Notes: generated by a model not told the origin, from the letters alone. A DNA stretch of 64,000 nucleotides from Paraspadella gotoi (GCA_051294375.1 CM119266.1:23198413-23262412), one strand, 5' to 3'; positions 25,569 through 38,338 are shown, numbered from the stretch's first letter. Made by a program: numbers and translations.

Positions 25569-27918
25569 ATGGGTTTTTTTATGGTGGTATTGCGAGAGTA
25601 CTGTTTATAAATTTTTAAAATAAAAAAATCCAATTTCTAGCATAAGCCAAAACTGTATAGCACACAATATAAATCAGTTAATATTTTTTAATTTCATATA
25701 TTTAAAAAAATTGAAATTACAGTATTCTCCGCAACCTGAAGTACCATATAATTACCTGACATATAATCCATCGATTTATGTTATTTTTACAGCATAATAT
25801 AAGCATAATATATGCGTAATATATAATATATACCACTTCATTGATAGGGAAGCCAGGTACTCTGGGAGTGAATAAACGAGACTGTGAGAGAGTCTTGATT
25901 GAAAGCTTGCAGGGACCTGCTATGTCATTATCTTGTAAGAGTGATGGAGGCCTTAAACCACCAAAGCCTGTCCAAAGTCAGGGGCAAGATAGCTTATTTA
26001 TTAAATGAATGGATAATTTTTATATTGGTTGTACCAATTTCATATAATATAGAATAATACATGCATCAAGGTTGATTCAGTACAGAAACAAAGAAAACAT
26101 ACATACATAAGTTATGTTATTAGCATATACTAATTTCTATCAATTTTGGTCTAAGGGCATTATGCTCCATGTAATACAGTATCTAAATTTATTTGGATAT
26201 TGCGGTATATAGCGAATTAAATATGATTCTCAGCTGCACTTGTAACCAAAATTATGTCACTCTCGACCCATTATTTAATATACAGTGGTAACAACTAACA
26301 AGAATGTAAAAACTTTTTCATATCGGATACTCATCTTTGGAAGGATCCGAAGGAAGGTATACTTCATAATTCATAAATAAGTAGCTGACATAAGCTAAAC
26401 ATGAAGTAAAATGACCAATCAAATAATTGATAAAACTAAAATTTTCAGATATACCATTAAGTACAAATTATTGATGGAATAATTAATCCTATAGGGGGTA
26501 AGTTTTAAGTCCGAACCCTGTACTGAAATTTGTTAACTCGCGCTAATGAAAAGAACAATTCGAAAAAATAATAACTAAATTTTGTTGAAAAATGAAAATG
26601 TTCTTTCTGATACTGCCCTATTTACTATTTACTAGTGGGTAGCTAATTAGATTTTCAATAGTTTAACTTTCATTTTTACTGTTCTTAATGATACATTACA
26701 TAGTTAAGAGATGTATATTTAAAAAGTGACCAAGAGAAAAGGGGATCGCCATGCCCCATTGATAATGTGGAGTTGTGGACCTTGGGTAGATAGCCCATTG
26801 CCCGGTGGGTCTGAAATTTTTTTTCGTCAGTTACTTTGATTTCCGGAACATCATCTTTTGCTGGCACTGTTCTGACCAGGGCTCCATCCTCGGAGAACCG
26901 GGTTTAAAGATTAAGTGTTAGCCCATTACAGTATCATGGTAACAGCCTGTAACAGCCATATCTAAAGCAATACTAGAAATGAAATACTAGAAATGGTTAT
27001 TTTTTTTTTTTAGAACTGCGCTTATGGATTTAACCAGTTTTGACAATACGCTAAAATATAAAAATGCTACAGGGGTTTGTGACACATTAGGTAACCTTAG
27101 CACAAGAATCGAATTTTTTTTTAATTCCCTGACAAAATATTTTTAAAATTTTAGAAAAAAAGGTAGAAAAATTAAGTCAACTGAAAAGCTCCGATTTGAT
27201 GACTCTCGTGGAAACACAACTTTCATATGGTAAGATTAATTATAATCTTTCTATATCAATATGATTGTTGGTTATACTTAAAATTGAATGATCTTTTTAT
27301 TTTTATATTTGGTTTTCACGTTTATGAAGGCTAACAAAACATTGCTAAATCATGTCCAAATTTCATGTAAATAAATCGTTTTAAACTGTATAACAAATAA
27401 TTAAAGAGTTTTAACATAACTTTTAAAATTAGATTTTTTTAAAATATTTTAATTAATGAACAATAAACATTCAAATAATTTGATGATGACGAAGGAATGA
27501 CAAAGTTAAATATAGACTAAAATTATTATTTCTTCGTGACTAGTAAGTCAAATTCCTTTTTACTTCCTTCATAACTTTATTTTGAAAAGTTATTATTAAT
27601 TTGTAACATGCATATTGTTAACGACCTAATTTTTTTAATATTCTGCTTTAGAGAACTCGAATCGAGAATTTTTGAGCTTCCTTTGTACTGAATCTGGGCA
27701 ATTGTATTCGGCAGATCTTCAGTATATACAGATGGATTTTCGATCACTTTCTGGAACGTACGCGAAATCGCTGAATATGTGAAAACAATAAAATTTTATA
27801 AAATCAAAATTTAGCATATAAAACATAAAAATAAAAACTAATAAAAATAGTTTGGTGAATTAATTTTTTTAATTTTATACATTAGTAGGCCCCAGTGAGC
27901 TATATTTATATATAGTAA

Positions 27919-28997
27919 TGAGGCCGAGTTACCTCGACTCTCTCTCTCTTTTCCCTCAACGGCCACATGACCTTAGACCTCCGGTCATTGGTCTCGTCTT
28001 CCCGGGATTCAACGGGTTTCTTTCGTCGTGGCCGTAACCATGAGAGACAACCGTTTCAACCCTCGAACTATTCACGTTACACGTCTCTTTTTCTGTATTT
28101 GCTATATTTTCTCTTGCTTATAATATAAGTGTCTGTCTCCCTACTCCTTATGTCGTGGTCTTCCACATTGGTGAGCCCGACGAGAACACGCCCAAAAATC
28201 CTTCTGTAAAAACATTTAAAAGAAAAACCCTTCTGCTCAAAACCTCTCCCGTCCTTAAACAATAAAAAGACAAAACTTTAAAAATGTTTCCAAGATTACC
28301 AACGAACCTTCCCACTAAGTATCCAACATCCCCATGTGAACAAGAAAAATGGATTAAATAGAAAGATTTCGATTGTCTTCTTTGCAAAGACAATGACGAG
28401 CCGATCAGCCCTTACTTATTAGGGGCGATTTGGCGTCTTGTATCCGTTTCCCCTCTGAAACTAACTCCATTTTCTCATCTCCAATTCGAGTCCCTTTCTC
28501 AGGCATCACATATCCCATCGCCAAGAACTCCTCCAACTGTCGTTGTACCTCAGCTTTCTTCATTCCCAGGATTCCCGAAGAAGAGGACATTTACTTTGAC
28601 GCCGTCGACATGCTAAGCAACAAGACGCCAAGAAAAAACTCAAGCTTATCCTCAACGCTCGTGACATCAGCCTCTGCGAACGATTCTGGCAGAACAGACT
28701 CTGACAGCATTTTTATTGATGCTCTTATGAAACAAACCCTTTCAACTTTGCCCAATTCGTCTTTGCAGATCGAATATAAACTCAGAAAAACAAAAGATTC
28801 TCCCTCTGACAGTTCTAATTCCACTTCAACAGGTTTCTTCCGTCGTGGCCGTAGCCACGAGAGACAACCGTTTCAACCCATGAACTATTCACGTTACATT
28901 ATTGTCTCTTATCCTGTATTGAACATATTTGTTATGTTTTCTCTCGCTTATAATATATGTGTCTGTCTCCCTACTCCTTATGTCGTGGTCTTTTACA
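27919..28997 (+). mobile_element. Internally deleted LTR retrotransposon
   Basis: Direct repeats at ~28008-28167 and ~28826-28997 ending CCACA / TTACA. PBS TGGTGAGCCCGAC at 28169-28181. Flanks GTAA / GTAT. Confidence 0.7.
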
Positions 28998-29742
28998 GTA
29001 TTAAGCATATAATAGGCTAAAATTTCAAAATGCAAATTTTATAATTTTAAGATTGAATTTGGATTCTTTACAAAAAGTTGATATAAAAAATGTCAGAATA
29101 CTCTGCTCTACTATTTTTAATATTCAGAATACTCTACTCTACTATTTTTAAAACCCTGGGCCAAGATTTTTTTGGGTCTCTAGAGTCTCTAGTGCAACCC
29201 AAAAAAATCTTGGCCCAGGGTTTTAAAAATGATCACTTTTCAGTCATTGTAAAATATAAACAAAATTGTACCTTGGTTTTTGTAAGTTTAGTTCTTGCCG
29301 TGGCTGCATCGGAATTGTTTCACCCTTATCGTTTATTTTATAGTATTTTAAATTAATTATACTAATTATAATGATTATCAATAATCCCCTAGTTTTAGGC
29401 CAAAGAGATTCGTCAGTCATTTTTAGTAGTTAGTGATTAGACGACAAAAATATAATTCTTTTTTAAAAATTCTGTCATTAAGATTTTTAATTTCAAGCTT
29501 AAAAATATGTTTTTTCATAATTTTAACCTACTTAATAATATAATTTTTTAAAAAGATTTGTACTTTCTTTTATCAATTTTTAATGTGGAACTTGAATCTG
29601 TTCTCACAATTTAAAAAAAACACTATTTTGAAATTTTGATATTATATTAGTTTAGTACATTATACAAATTAAGCTGACTGGGCTACTATATTCGTAAAAA
29701 AAATAATTACAGCTTAGTATTCACTAAATAATAATTTTTAAG

Positions 29743-30005
29743 ATATAATTGCTACATTTTGATTCCAAATTTTCACTTCACCCTTATGTTCAATTTACCC
29801 CTTCCCTATCTTGGTTGTCTTGATTTTCTCAGTTGGTGCCACCCTACAGACAATTACTGCGCATATCAGCATGACCAATGGTTTGATCAAGATTTCTTAG
29901 CCGCGAGTTTTCGTGTATTTTTTGGGGATGGTGTTCCTGTGTTTGCTATTGAAACTGAATGCATCGAGTGGTGGAACTATTATGCGCTTTCATCTTACTG
30001 GGCAG
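29743..30005 (+). CDS. Exon of CNGK-like channel: S5, turret and pore helix
   Basis: ORF 29759 ends ...CHPTDNYCAYQHDQWF...EWWNYYALSSYWA (Y..S.YW pore-helix motif). The G/GTAAAG donor is phase 1, matching the next exon. The phase at the 5' acceptor does not match the previous exon (indel or missing micro-exon). Confidence 0.7.
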
Positions 30006-30133
30006 GTAAAGGAATGGAGAAAATGAAATGAACCAAAAGAGATGTTTTTATAGGCGTGAACAACATAACAACAGTATATGGCAACAGGAGGCCTCCTGTC
30101 TCATGCCAAGCCAAAACCCTTACCCTAATGTCT

Positions 30134-30907
30134 GTCATTAGCCTCCCTACCCAAAGGTCCAGGGTTCTCGCCCGGTGGTCGCCTAGAGGGACAGGGCGCT
30201 TAACCCGCTTGTAACATGGTGTTACAGCCTAATCCGAAGCTCAGGGATTGCCTATATTGAAGGGTTCTGTCACTAAATCATAATAATTATTACTGTCTCT
30301 TCATTAGTGTGACTTCTTCCTAGGGGAGGGGGGATGCATAGTCGTTCTGGCTCGATAGCGAGGCCCTGTGATATGTTTAACCAGCGTAAAAAGAACTTTA
30401 TTTCCAAGATCTATAGTTCGAAAAATTTAGTTCTCAAAAAAATAATCGCATTCTTTAATGATTGAAATATATTAATTGATAATTTGGACCTTTGTTGTCT
30501 GTGGTGGTGGTTTTCACGCAATCTTTAACTTTGTTTTGTTTTTAGACTTAGCTTTTTTGATGCTCCTGTATGTACTGAATCAACCTTGTTGAATTCGAAA
30601 TAAAACGCATTATTTTCCGTCATCCACCCTACTAAGCTTTTATAGTGTAGTCGTTCTGGCTCTATAGCGAGGCCCTGTGATATTTTCCGTCATCCACCCT
30701 ACTAAGCTCTTATAGTGGGATGTAAGGTGGACTAAATTCCACTAACCGTTCATCAGTGACCATTGGTCCGGTGATCGCCTCGCAATTAAGAGGGACGGAG
30801 CGCTTAACCCGCATGTAACACTGTGTTACAGCCTGATCTGAAGCTCGGGGACTGCTTATATTGAACGATTCTGTCACTAACTCAAAACAATTATTACTGC
30901 CTGTTCA
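30134..30907 (+). mobile_element. Rearranged copy of the tRNA-containing TRIM (two partial LTRs, remnant internal domain, intervening insertion)
   Basis: LTR end GTCTCTTCA at 30303, followed by TTAGTG, GACTTCTTCC and PPT GGGGAGGGGGGATG. The second LTR at ~30723-30907 is preceded by GGGATG. Confidence 0.6.
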
Positions 30908-31893
30908 ACATAAACTTATTTTTAATTATAATATAAACATATATTAATTAGGGGGCCCCTGAGAAGAGAGAAAAAAAGAAGGAAAGAAAAGAAGAAAAAA
31001 AGAAGAAAAGAAAAAGAAAGAAGAAAAAAAAAGGAATTGAGTGATTATGAAAAAAGGTTCAGTCTGTGCAGATTAGTAATGTCCCAACTGTTTCAGGATA
31101 TAGTCCATTTCACTTTTAATGGGTTCACTAATTCAGTCAAATTAGGGCCCTTCTAGAGGTAAAAAACAAAGAATTTCAAAGAAAAGTTCTTATGACTTTG
31201 TTTAAAATCAATGAGGGCCCCCACAATACTTTACGAGATAGTAACCAAAGGTTATTATTAATTTATATATTTACCATATATTATATTATATTTTATCTCT
31301 ATTGCTAAATCTCATCTAGTCAGAAGGTTTAAAAAATTTAAACCCATCGCTCAGACAAGAGGAGAGGCACAATAATTGTGATTTAAAAAAAAAAGTGTCA
31401 GTAAAACACCAATGCAAGTCCTGGAGGCAGAAGTTTGAGTACTGGAGCAATTTTCAAGGCTGAAAGTCGGTAATCGAAAACTATAATTATGGAGAGCGGG
31501 GGGGCACGGTGATACATGCCTCCAGGAAAAAATAAAAATTTCGGAAGGGAGCGAAAATGGTCATGTCACCGAATTCGATTTCGATAGTTTTAATGACGAG
31601 TAAATGGACTTGCGGGATTTTGACCAAAAAAGACATGAAATATTTGTAACTTTTCTTTCTTATCTATCGACCTCTCTTTTACTTCTCTAAAATAAAAAAC
31701 TTTTTTCTTTATTCTACTGTTATTTTCTCATATCAATGACAATTGTATTAAATGATACGGGGTTAGAAAGCTAGACGTCTCACCTTTAACATATCCAAAA
31801 TCCAAATGCTTATCTTTTTTTTCTACATAGTAATATATTTTTTCATTAAATTAGTCTACATATTTTTCCTTTAAAAAGATTACAAAAACGATT

Positions 31894-33061
31894 TTTAGTT
31901 GGATCTGCTTATCAGCAGATCCCGACTCTATAATTCACTTTGTCGGTCCATCGGTCCGCCCCCTCAAATTGTCTGGCACACACTTATATCATGTCAGAAC
32001 ATCGAATTATGATAAATTATGCAAAAAAAACGATGTCCGTCCGTCCGTCCGTCCGTCCGTCCGTCCGTCCCACCTTTAGCAAAAAACTCCAATTACTCTT
32101 GATTGGATGGATGGATTGGTATGAAATTTTTTGTGTGGGTAGGAAACTGTGTGATTGAGATGGATATGAAGTTTCGGGGGAATCGTGCGAGTGAAAATTG
32201 GTTTAAATGGAAAAAACAAAAAAAATATATTTCACTATTTGAACGCCAATTGCTCATGAGTTGATAGGGCAATTGACTTCAAAATTTTGTATGATGGTAG
32301 GAAAGTGTGTGATTGAGCTGGATATAAAGTTTCGATGGAATCGTGCTAGTGGAAATGAGTTAAAATGGAAAAAACAAAAGTCATATTTACTTGAATTATT
32401 TTTACTTAAATTTACTTATAATTATTATGTTTATTAAAAATTGGATAGATAAATCGAAATTGAATTTTGTGTGTGGGTAGGAAAAGTATGTGATAAAGCT
32501 GGATATAAATTTTTTGATGGAATCGTAGGAGTGGAAAAGAGTTCAAATTAGAAAACCAAAAGACACATTTATTTGAATTTTTATAAAGTTTCTTTCTCTC
32601 TATCTCTCTCTGATTGATTGATTGATGTTGGATTGATTGACCAAATTATGCCAATTGACAAAATATGCCAGTTGACTAAATTCTTAGTTGACCAAATTAT
32701 GCCAGTTGACCAAATTCTGCAAGTTGATCAAGTTCTGCAAGTTGACCAAATTATGCCTGTTGACCAAATTATGCCAGTTGACCAAATTATGCCAGTTGAC
32801 CATATTAGGCCAGTTGATAAAATTATGCCAGTTGATAAAATTATGCCAGTTGACCAAATTATCTTAATTGATCAAATTATGTCAGTTGACCAAATTATGT
32901 CAGTTGACCAAATTATGTCAGTAGACCAAATTATGTCAGTTAACCAAATTATATCAGTTGACCAAATTATGTCAGTTGCCCAAATTATGCAAGTTGACCA
33001 AGTTAGCTTATTACCACTTAATTATCGTAGGCAGATCCGACATTGTTTGCTCAAACTTGTT
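31894..33061 (+). mobile_element. Complete DINE-1/Helentron-like family A element, ~1.17 kb
   Basis: 5' hairpin with subTIR, (CCGT)n microsatellite, 18-bp GTTGACCAAATTATGCCA array (32630-33000), 3' GCAGATCCGAC + GTTTGCTCAAAC hairpin + TTGTT; inserted in a T-run. Confidence 0.8.
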
Positions 33062-33231
33062 TCACTATAGGTCACTTGTTTACCCAGGTTTATCACAGCT
33101 GACAATATCTATGGGTTTCATTAGGTCAAGAAAGGTTTCCTAGATCTTCAGTTAATGCGATTAATAGCGATTCATAAAATTGTAAAAAAAATTGATTTTG
33201 CCAATGAGGATTGATTTGAAATTTTGTATGT

Positions 33232-34325
33232 ATTGCTTGAGAGTCATCGTATATGCGGTATGAGTACATAGTATTGGTGATTAACATCGTTTTATGAGGA
33301 AAACGCATATTATTTTTATTTGAGCAATATATTTCGGTTAACATCGCTTAACCATAGTTCATTTGCGAAGTAAATGCAAGAAAAACAGACACAAAAAAGT
33401 AAAAAAATATTTTGGTTAAAAGAGAGAGAGAGAATAAGAGTGAAAAGAAATATGAGGTCAAAGTTAAGGACAAAAGCTCAAGAGAAAGAAAGAGAAAGAC
33501 AACCTAAAAACGACGACAACCTAAAAAAACTCTAGCTTTTGCTTCTCTAACATACATACCATCTATTGGTAACAGAAACTTAGACATGCATTTAAAAAAC
33601 ATGATTGTCGCATTTTTTTTAAAGTCAGGTCCCAAACTAGCCAATTTGTTGTGTGGACCCAACAAACACAACCACCTTTGGTTGATAGAAAAGGGGTTTA
33701 TAAGCTTTCTGTAATTGCCAAACCCCACCCAACAACAACGCCCTCTTTTACGTTGGAAAAAACAAGCGTCTCAATAAAAAAGCGCACAGCACAACATCGA
33801 AGAGACTCCGCATCTTCATACGACAGCCAGAATATGTCGGGAATCAGCAAACATGCAAAAATCTTGCGAAGGTAAAATCGCCTGGGAAGACCCTGTGGTC
33901 CTTGCAACTTTTTCAAACAAAAACCGAAAAAAACTTGAATTCGATTTGCATGTTCGTGAGAGCCTGGAGATTCGTCGTCAAGGGACAGAACCGGGAAAAG
34001 GCCTCAACGATGACCTCTCTAAATATGTAAAAACACACCGCATGGAATCCTCTTCTACAAAAACTAAAAGACTATTGAAGATGGGGGGGGGGTTCTTTCT
34101 CTTCTTTCTCTTGAGCTTTTGTCCTTAACTTTGACCTCATATTTCTTTTCACTCTTATTCTCTCTCTCTCTTTTAACCAAAATATTTTTTTTTACTTTTT
34201 TGTGTCTGTTTTTCTTGCATTTACTTCGAAAATGAACTATGGTTAAGCGATGTTAACCGAAATATATTGCTCAAATAAAAATAATATGCGTTTTCCTCAT
34301 AAAACGATGTTAATCCACCAATACC
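33232..34325 (+). mobile_element. 5'-truncated Penelope-like retroelement with GIY-YIG fragment and inverted pLTRs
   Basis: Frameshifted GVYKL..CNC...YVGKTSVSIKKRTAQH...SGISKH...RESLEIR...GLNDD (33650-34075). Inverted repeats at 33271-33500 / 34092-34324. 13-bp flanking duplication AAATTTTGTATGT. Confidence 0.85.
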
Positions 34326-34714
34326 AAATTTTGTATGTGGGTTGCAAAGTGAGTGATTGAGTTGGAAATAAGTTTAAATGGAAAAAAAAAAAAAAACTGT
34401 TTCACTAATTGATTATGCTTTTTTATATTAAATGTTATTACAAGATGTATTAAATAATCGAATAATTAATCAGTTAATTAATCAATTAGTAAAATAATAA
34501 ATCTTTTATTGATTAATCAGTCAATTAATCAATCAATTTAATTATTCAATCAATCAATTTATTTATCTATTAATTAATTATTTAATCAATAAATTTACTA
34601 ATTAATTAATTATTCAATCATTCAATCAAGTCAATCAATATTCATTATCTGCATTATTGCCGTCGTCGCCATCATCGTCGTTGTTACTTTTATTGTGGTC
34701 AGTGACAAAAAGAC

Positions 34715-36149
34715 CACGGTTCCCTAGACACCCCGAAAAAAGAAAATAGAAATAACCCATTTCTGAAACAAAAAAAATGAAAAATATAATGTTTTTACTA
34801 CATCGTAGTGAAGTCGAAAAATTCTGATCCAAGCAAGTTTTTTTTAATTGAATTTTAAAGTTTTGTTATAATTTTTCATACAAAATAATAGAAACTAATC
34901 AACGACTTTGTCATTCTTGTCAAATTTTACTTTCTTTATATCAATCTTATCTACTGAAAGAGAGGCTTTAATTTGAACTCACTCTCTCATAAGCCTACGA
35001 TTATTCGTTCTCAAGTTATTATTAAAAATAACCAATTTATTACAAAAATAGTAACCATTTTGTAATTACTACATGAAAGACTTAATCAATTTCTTATTTA
35101 ATAAAAAACTATAGAAATGTAACATACAATTGCTTAGCTTCAAAATTAACCTAATTTTAAATTTTTCTTCAACCAATAACTACTATGAAATGCTATGTAT
35201 AAAATTGTTAAAATTTTATATATATATTTTTAAATAATTTAACATCAAGCAAGAGCATAATTAGTAATATTATACATCCAAAGAAATCCTCATTTTATGA
35301 TCTTTCTTTTGAGTCTAATCTCAGTTCTCTGTGATAATTCGTTTTTTGAGATATTGACAAAAACAATTCCACAAAATGCTTAAAAAGTAAAAAAATATTC
35401 AAAAATATTAATATTTGAGTCAATTTTCAATATATTTATCATAAAAGGTTTTAATTGATAGGAAAATATGCCAATAATAAATTAAATTTCATATTTAAAG
35501 ATTTTTTAATCAAACATGACTTGTGATCGCCTTTTTTCTCCAAAAATAATACAAATACAATTGTGATTTTTCTATTTTTGCTAATATTTTAAGCTTTTAA
35601 TATTAGAATTCTTACTGAAAAATGATATAATAAAAAAATATGGCTATTTCTGATTCTAACGAGCTATCATACTTTAAAATATCATAAAAAATAAGTATTA
35701 TGAAGTCAAAATGAAAAAAAAATGTCAGTACCGAAATCGATTTTTAGTAATTTCTTAGAGAGAGAGAGAGAAGAGAGAGAGAGGAGAGAGAGAGAAAGGA
35801 GAGAAGAGAAAGGGGGAGGGAGATAAAGATAGAAAGCCTTATTATTATATTATTATATAATATTACTATAATTATATTCTATAATTATATATATATTATA
35901 TTACTATATTATATTATACTATATTATAATTATTACTATATTATATTATTACTATATTATTACAAGTAGGAGAGAAAAAACGTTAATATTAAAAATTTTG
36001 TCTTTTTAATATTAATAATATAACATAATATAGTAATATAATATAAATAAATATAATATAGTATATATATAATATAATATAGTAAATAATATAATAAATA
36101 TAATAATAAGGCTTTCTATCTTTATCTCCCTCCCCCTCTTCTCTCCTTT

Positions 36150-36195
<46 letters not shown>

Positions 36196-37239
36196 CTAAG
36201 AAATTACTAAAAATCGATTTCGGTACTGACATTTTTTTTCATTTTGACTTCATAATACTTATTTTTTATGATATTTTAAAGTATGATAGCTCGTTAGAAT
36301 CAGAAATAGCCATATTTTTTATTATATCATTTTTCAGTAAGAATTCTAATATTAAAAGCTTAAAATATTAGCAAAAAAATAGCAAATCACAATTGTATTT
36401 GTATATTTTTGGAGAAAAAAGGCGATCACAAGTCATGTTTGATTAAAAAATCTTTAAATATGAAATTTAATTTATTATTGGCATATTTTCCTATCAATTA
36501 AAACCTTTTATGATAAAATATATTGAAAATTGACTCAATATTAATATTTTTGAATATTTTTTTTACTTTTTAAGCATTTTGTGGAATTGTTTTTTGTCAA
36601 TATCTCAAAAACGAATTATCACAGAGAACTGAGATTAGACTCAAAAGAAAGATCATAAAATGAGGATTCTTTTGGATGTATAATATTACTAATTATGCTC
36701 TTGCTTGATGTTAAATTATTTAAAAATATATATATAAAATTTAACAATTTTATACATAGCATTTCATAGTAGTTATTGGTTTGAAGAAAAATTTAAAATT
36801 AGGTTAATTTTGAAGCTAAGCAATTGTATGTTACATTTCTATAGTTTTTTATTAAATAAGAATTGATTAAGTCTTTCATGTAGTAATTACAAAATGGTTA
36901 CTATTTTGTAATAAATTGAGTTATTTTTAATAATAACTTGAGAACGAATAATCGTAGGCTTATGAGAGTGAGTTCAAATTAAAGCTCTCTTTCAGTAGAT
37001 AATGATTGATATAAAGAAAGTAAAATTTGACAAAGAATGACAAAGTCGTTGATTAGTTTCTCATTATTTTGTATGAAAAATTATAACAAAACTTTAAAAT
37101 TCAATTAAAAAAAAACTTGCTTGGATCAGAATTTTTCGACTTCACTACGATGTAGTAAAAACATTATATTTTTCATTTTTTTGTGTTTCAAAAAATGGGT
37201 TATTTCTATTTTCTTTTTCGGGGTGTCTAGGGAACCGTG
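34715..37239. mobile_element. Foldback non-autonomous DNA transposon, Chapaev-like
   Basis: CACGG...CCGTG termini, ~1.2-kb inverted arms, 4-bp AGAC duplication (34711-34714, 37240-37243), no ORF. Confidence 0.8.
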
Positions 37240-37919
37240 AGACCTAAAAAAATATGTTAAATAAAATAATTAATTAATTAATTGACTAATTCATTAATTA
37301 ACTTGAATAAATTAATTAAATAATTACTGCTAATGATTGTGGGCCGATCTGGCATTGTTTGCTCAAACTTGTTCAAACTATAAAGAATAAAAGACGAAAT
37401 GTGATTACTGCGGCGCAACCCTTTGGAATTACCGTTCTTGTTTCTTTCTCTTTCTTTTTATCGCTCTCTCTCTATCTCTATTGGTCAGCGCCGATGCCGA
37501 TTTTTTTTTGACTGTCTCTTATCTTTTACAATAGTTAATAATTTTGAGAGTTAACCTGACAAATGTGGAAATAGGAGAAACGGACATTCAGAGATCCATC
37601 CAGTGACCAAGTAAAAAGTGACCGCGTCTTATTTGCATATTGTAGTTTTAATAATCTATTTCTTAAAAAAATATTTGTATAACAGATTTAATAGCGAAAC
37701 AAAAATTATGCTTTAAAAGTACAATACAAAAGTGTATGTCTGAATGATATAAATCTTAATAATTTTATAAACGATTGATGTCATTATAATTCAGAATATT
37801 AGAATATTTTTTAGAGTATAGTATAATTAATAAATTGGTGTTCCCAAATCGGAGGTGGGTGGGTTGTTGGCGCGATCCATAACCATTGCAAAAACATTAA
37901 AGGATGAAACAGGAAGAGA

Positions 37920-38338
37920 GAGATAGGCGGACCGAGGAAGGAGCAGGGCGTTAACCTGGAGGCCCTTTTTCAAAATATAACATTGTGTACGAGATATACG
38001 GACCAAGGAAGGAGCAGGGTGTTAACCTGGAGGCCCTTTTTCAAAATATAACATTGTGTATGAGATAGGCGGACGAGGAAGGAGCAGGGCGTTAACCTGG
38101 AGGCCCTTTTTCAAAATATAACATTGTGTACAGATAGGCGGACGAGGGAAGGAGCAGGGCGTTAACCTGGAGGCCCTTTTTAAAATATAACATTGTGTAC
38201 GAGATAGCGGACCGAGGAAGGAGCAGGGCGTTAACCTGGAGGCCCTTTTTCAAAATATAACATTGTGTATGAGATAGGCGGCCGGAGGAAGGAGCAGGGC
38301 GTTAACCTGGAGGCCCTTTTTCAAAATATAACATTGTG
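37920..38338. repeat. ~70-bp tandem repeat, 6 copies
   Basis: Unit approx. GAGATAGGCGGACCGAGGAAGGAGCAGGGCGTTAACCTGGAGGCCCTTTTTCAAAATATAACATTGTGTAC, head to tail with no spacers. Confidence 0.95.

Noticed and set aside
32618-33070. 150-aa VDQIMP repeat protein (and NLHNFF/QVEKIM ORFs at 21481-21730 and 63502-63729)
   Set aside because: Frame-preserving 18-bp minisatellite inside non-autonomous elements; no independent evidence of coding.
37920-38338. CRISPR-like regular repeats
   Set aside because: Units are contiguous and near-identical with no unique spacers, there are no cas genes, and the context is eukaryotic.
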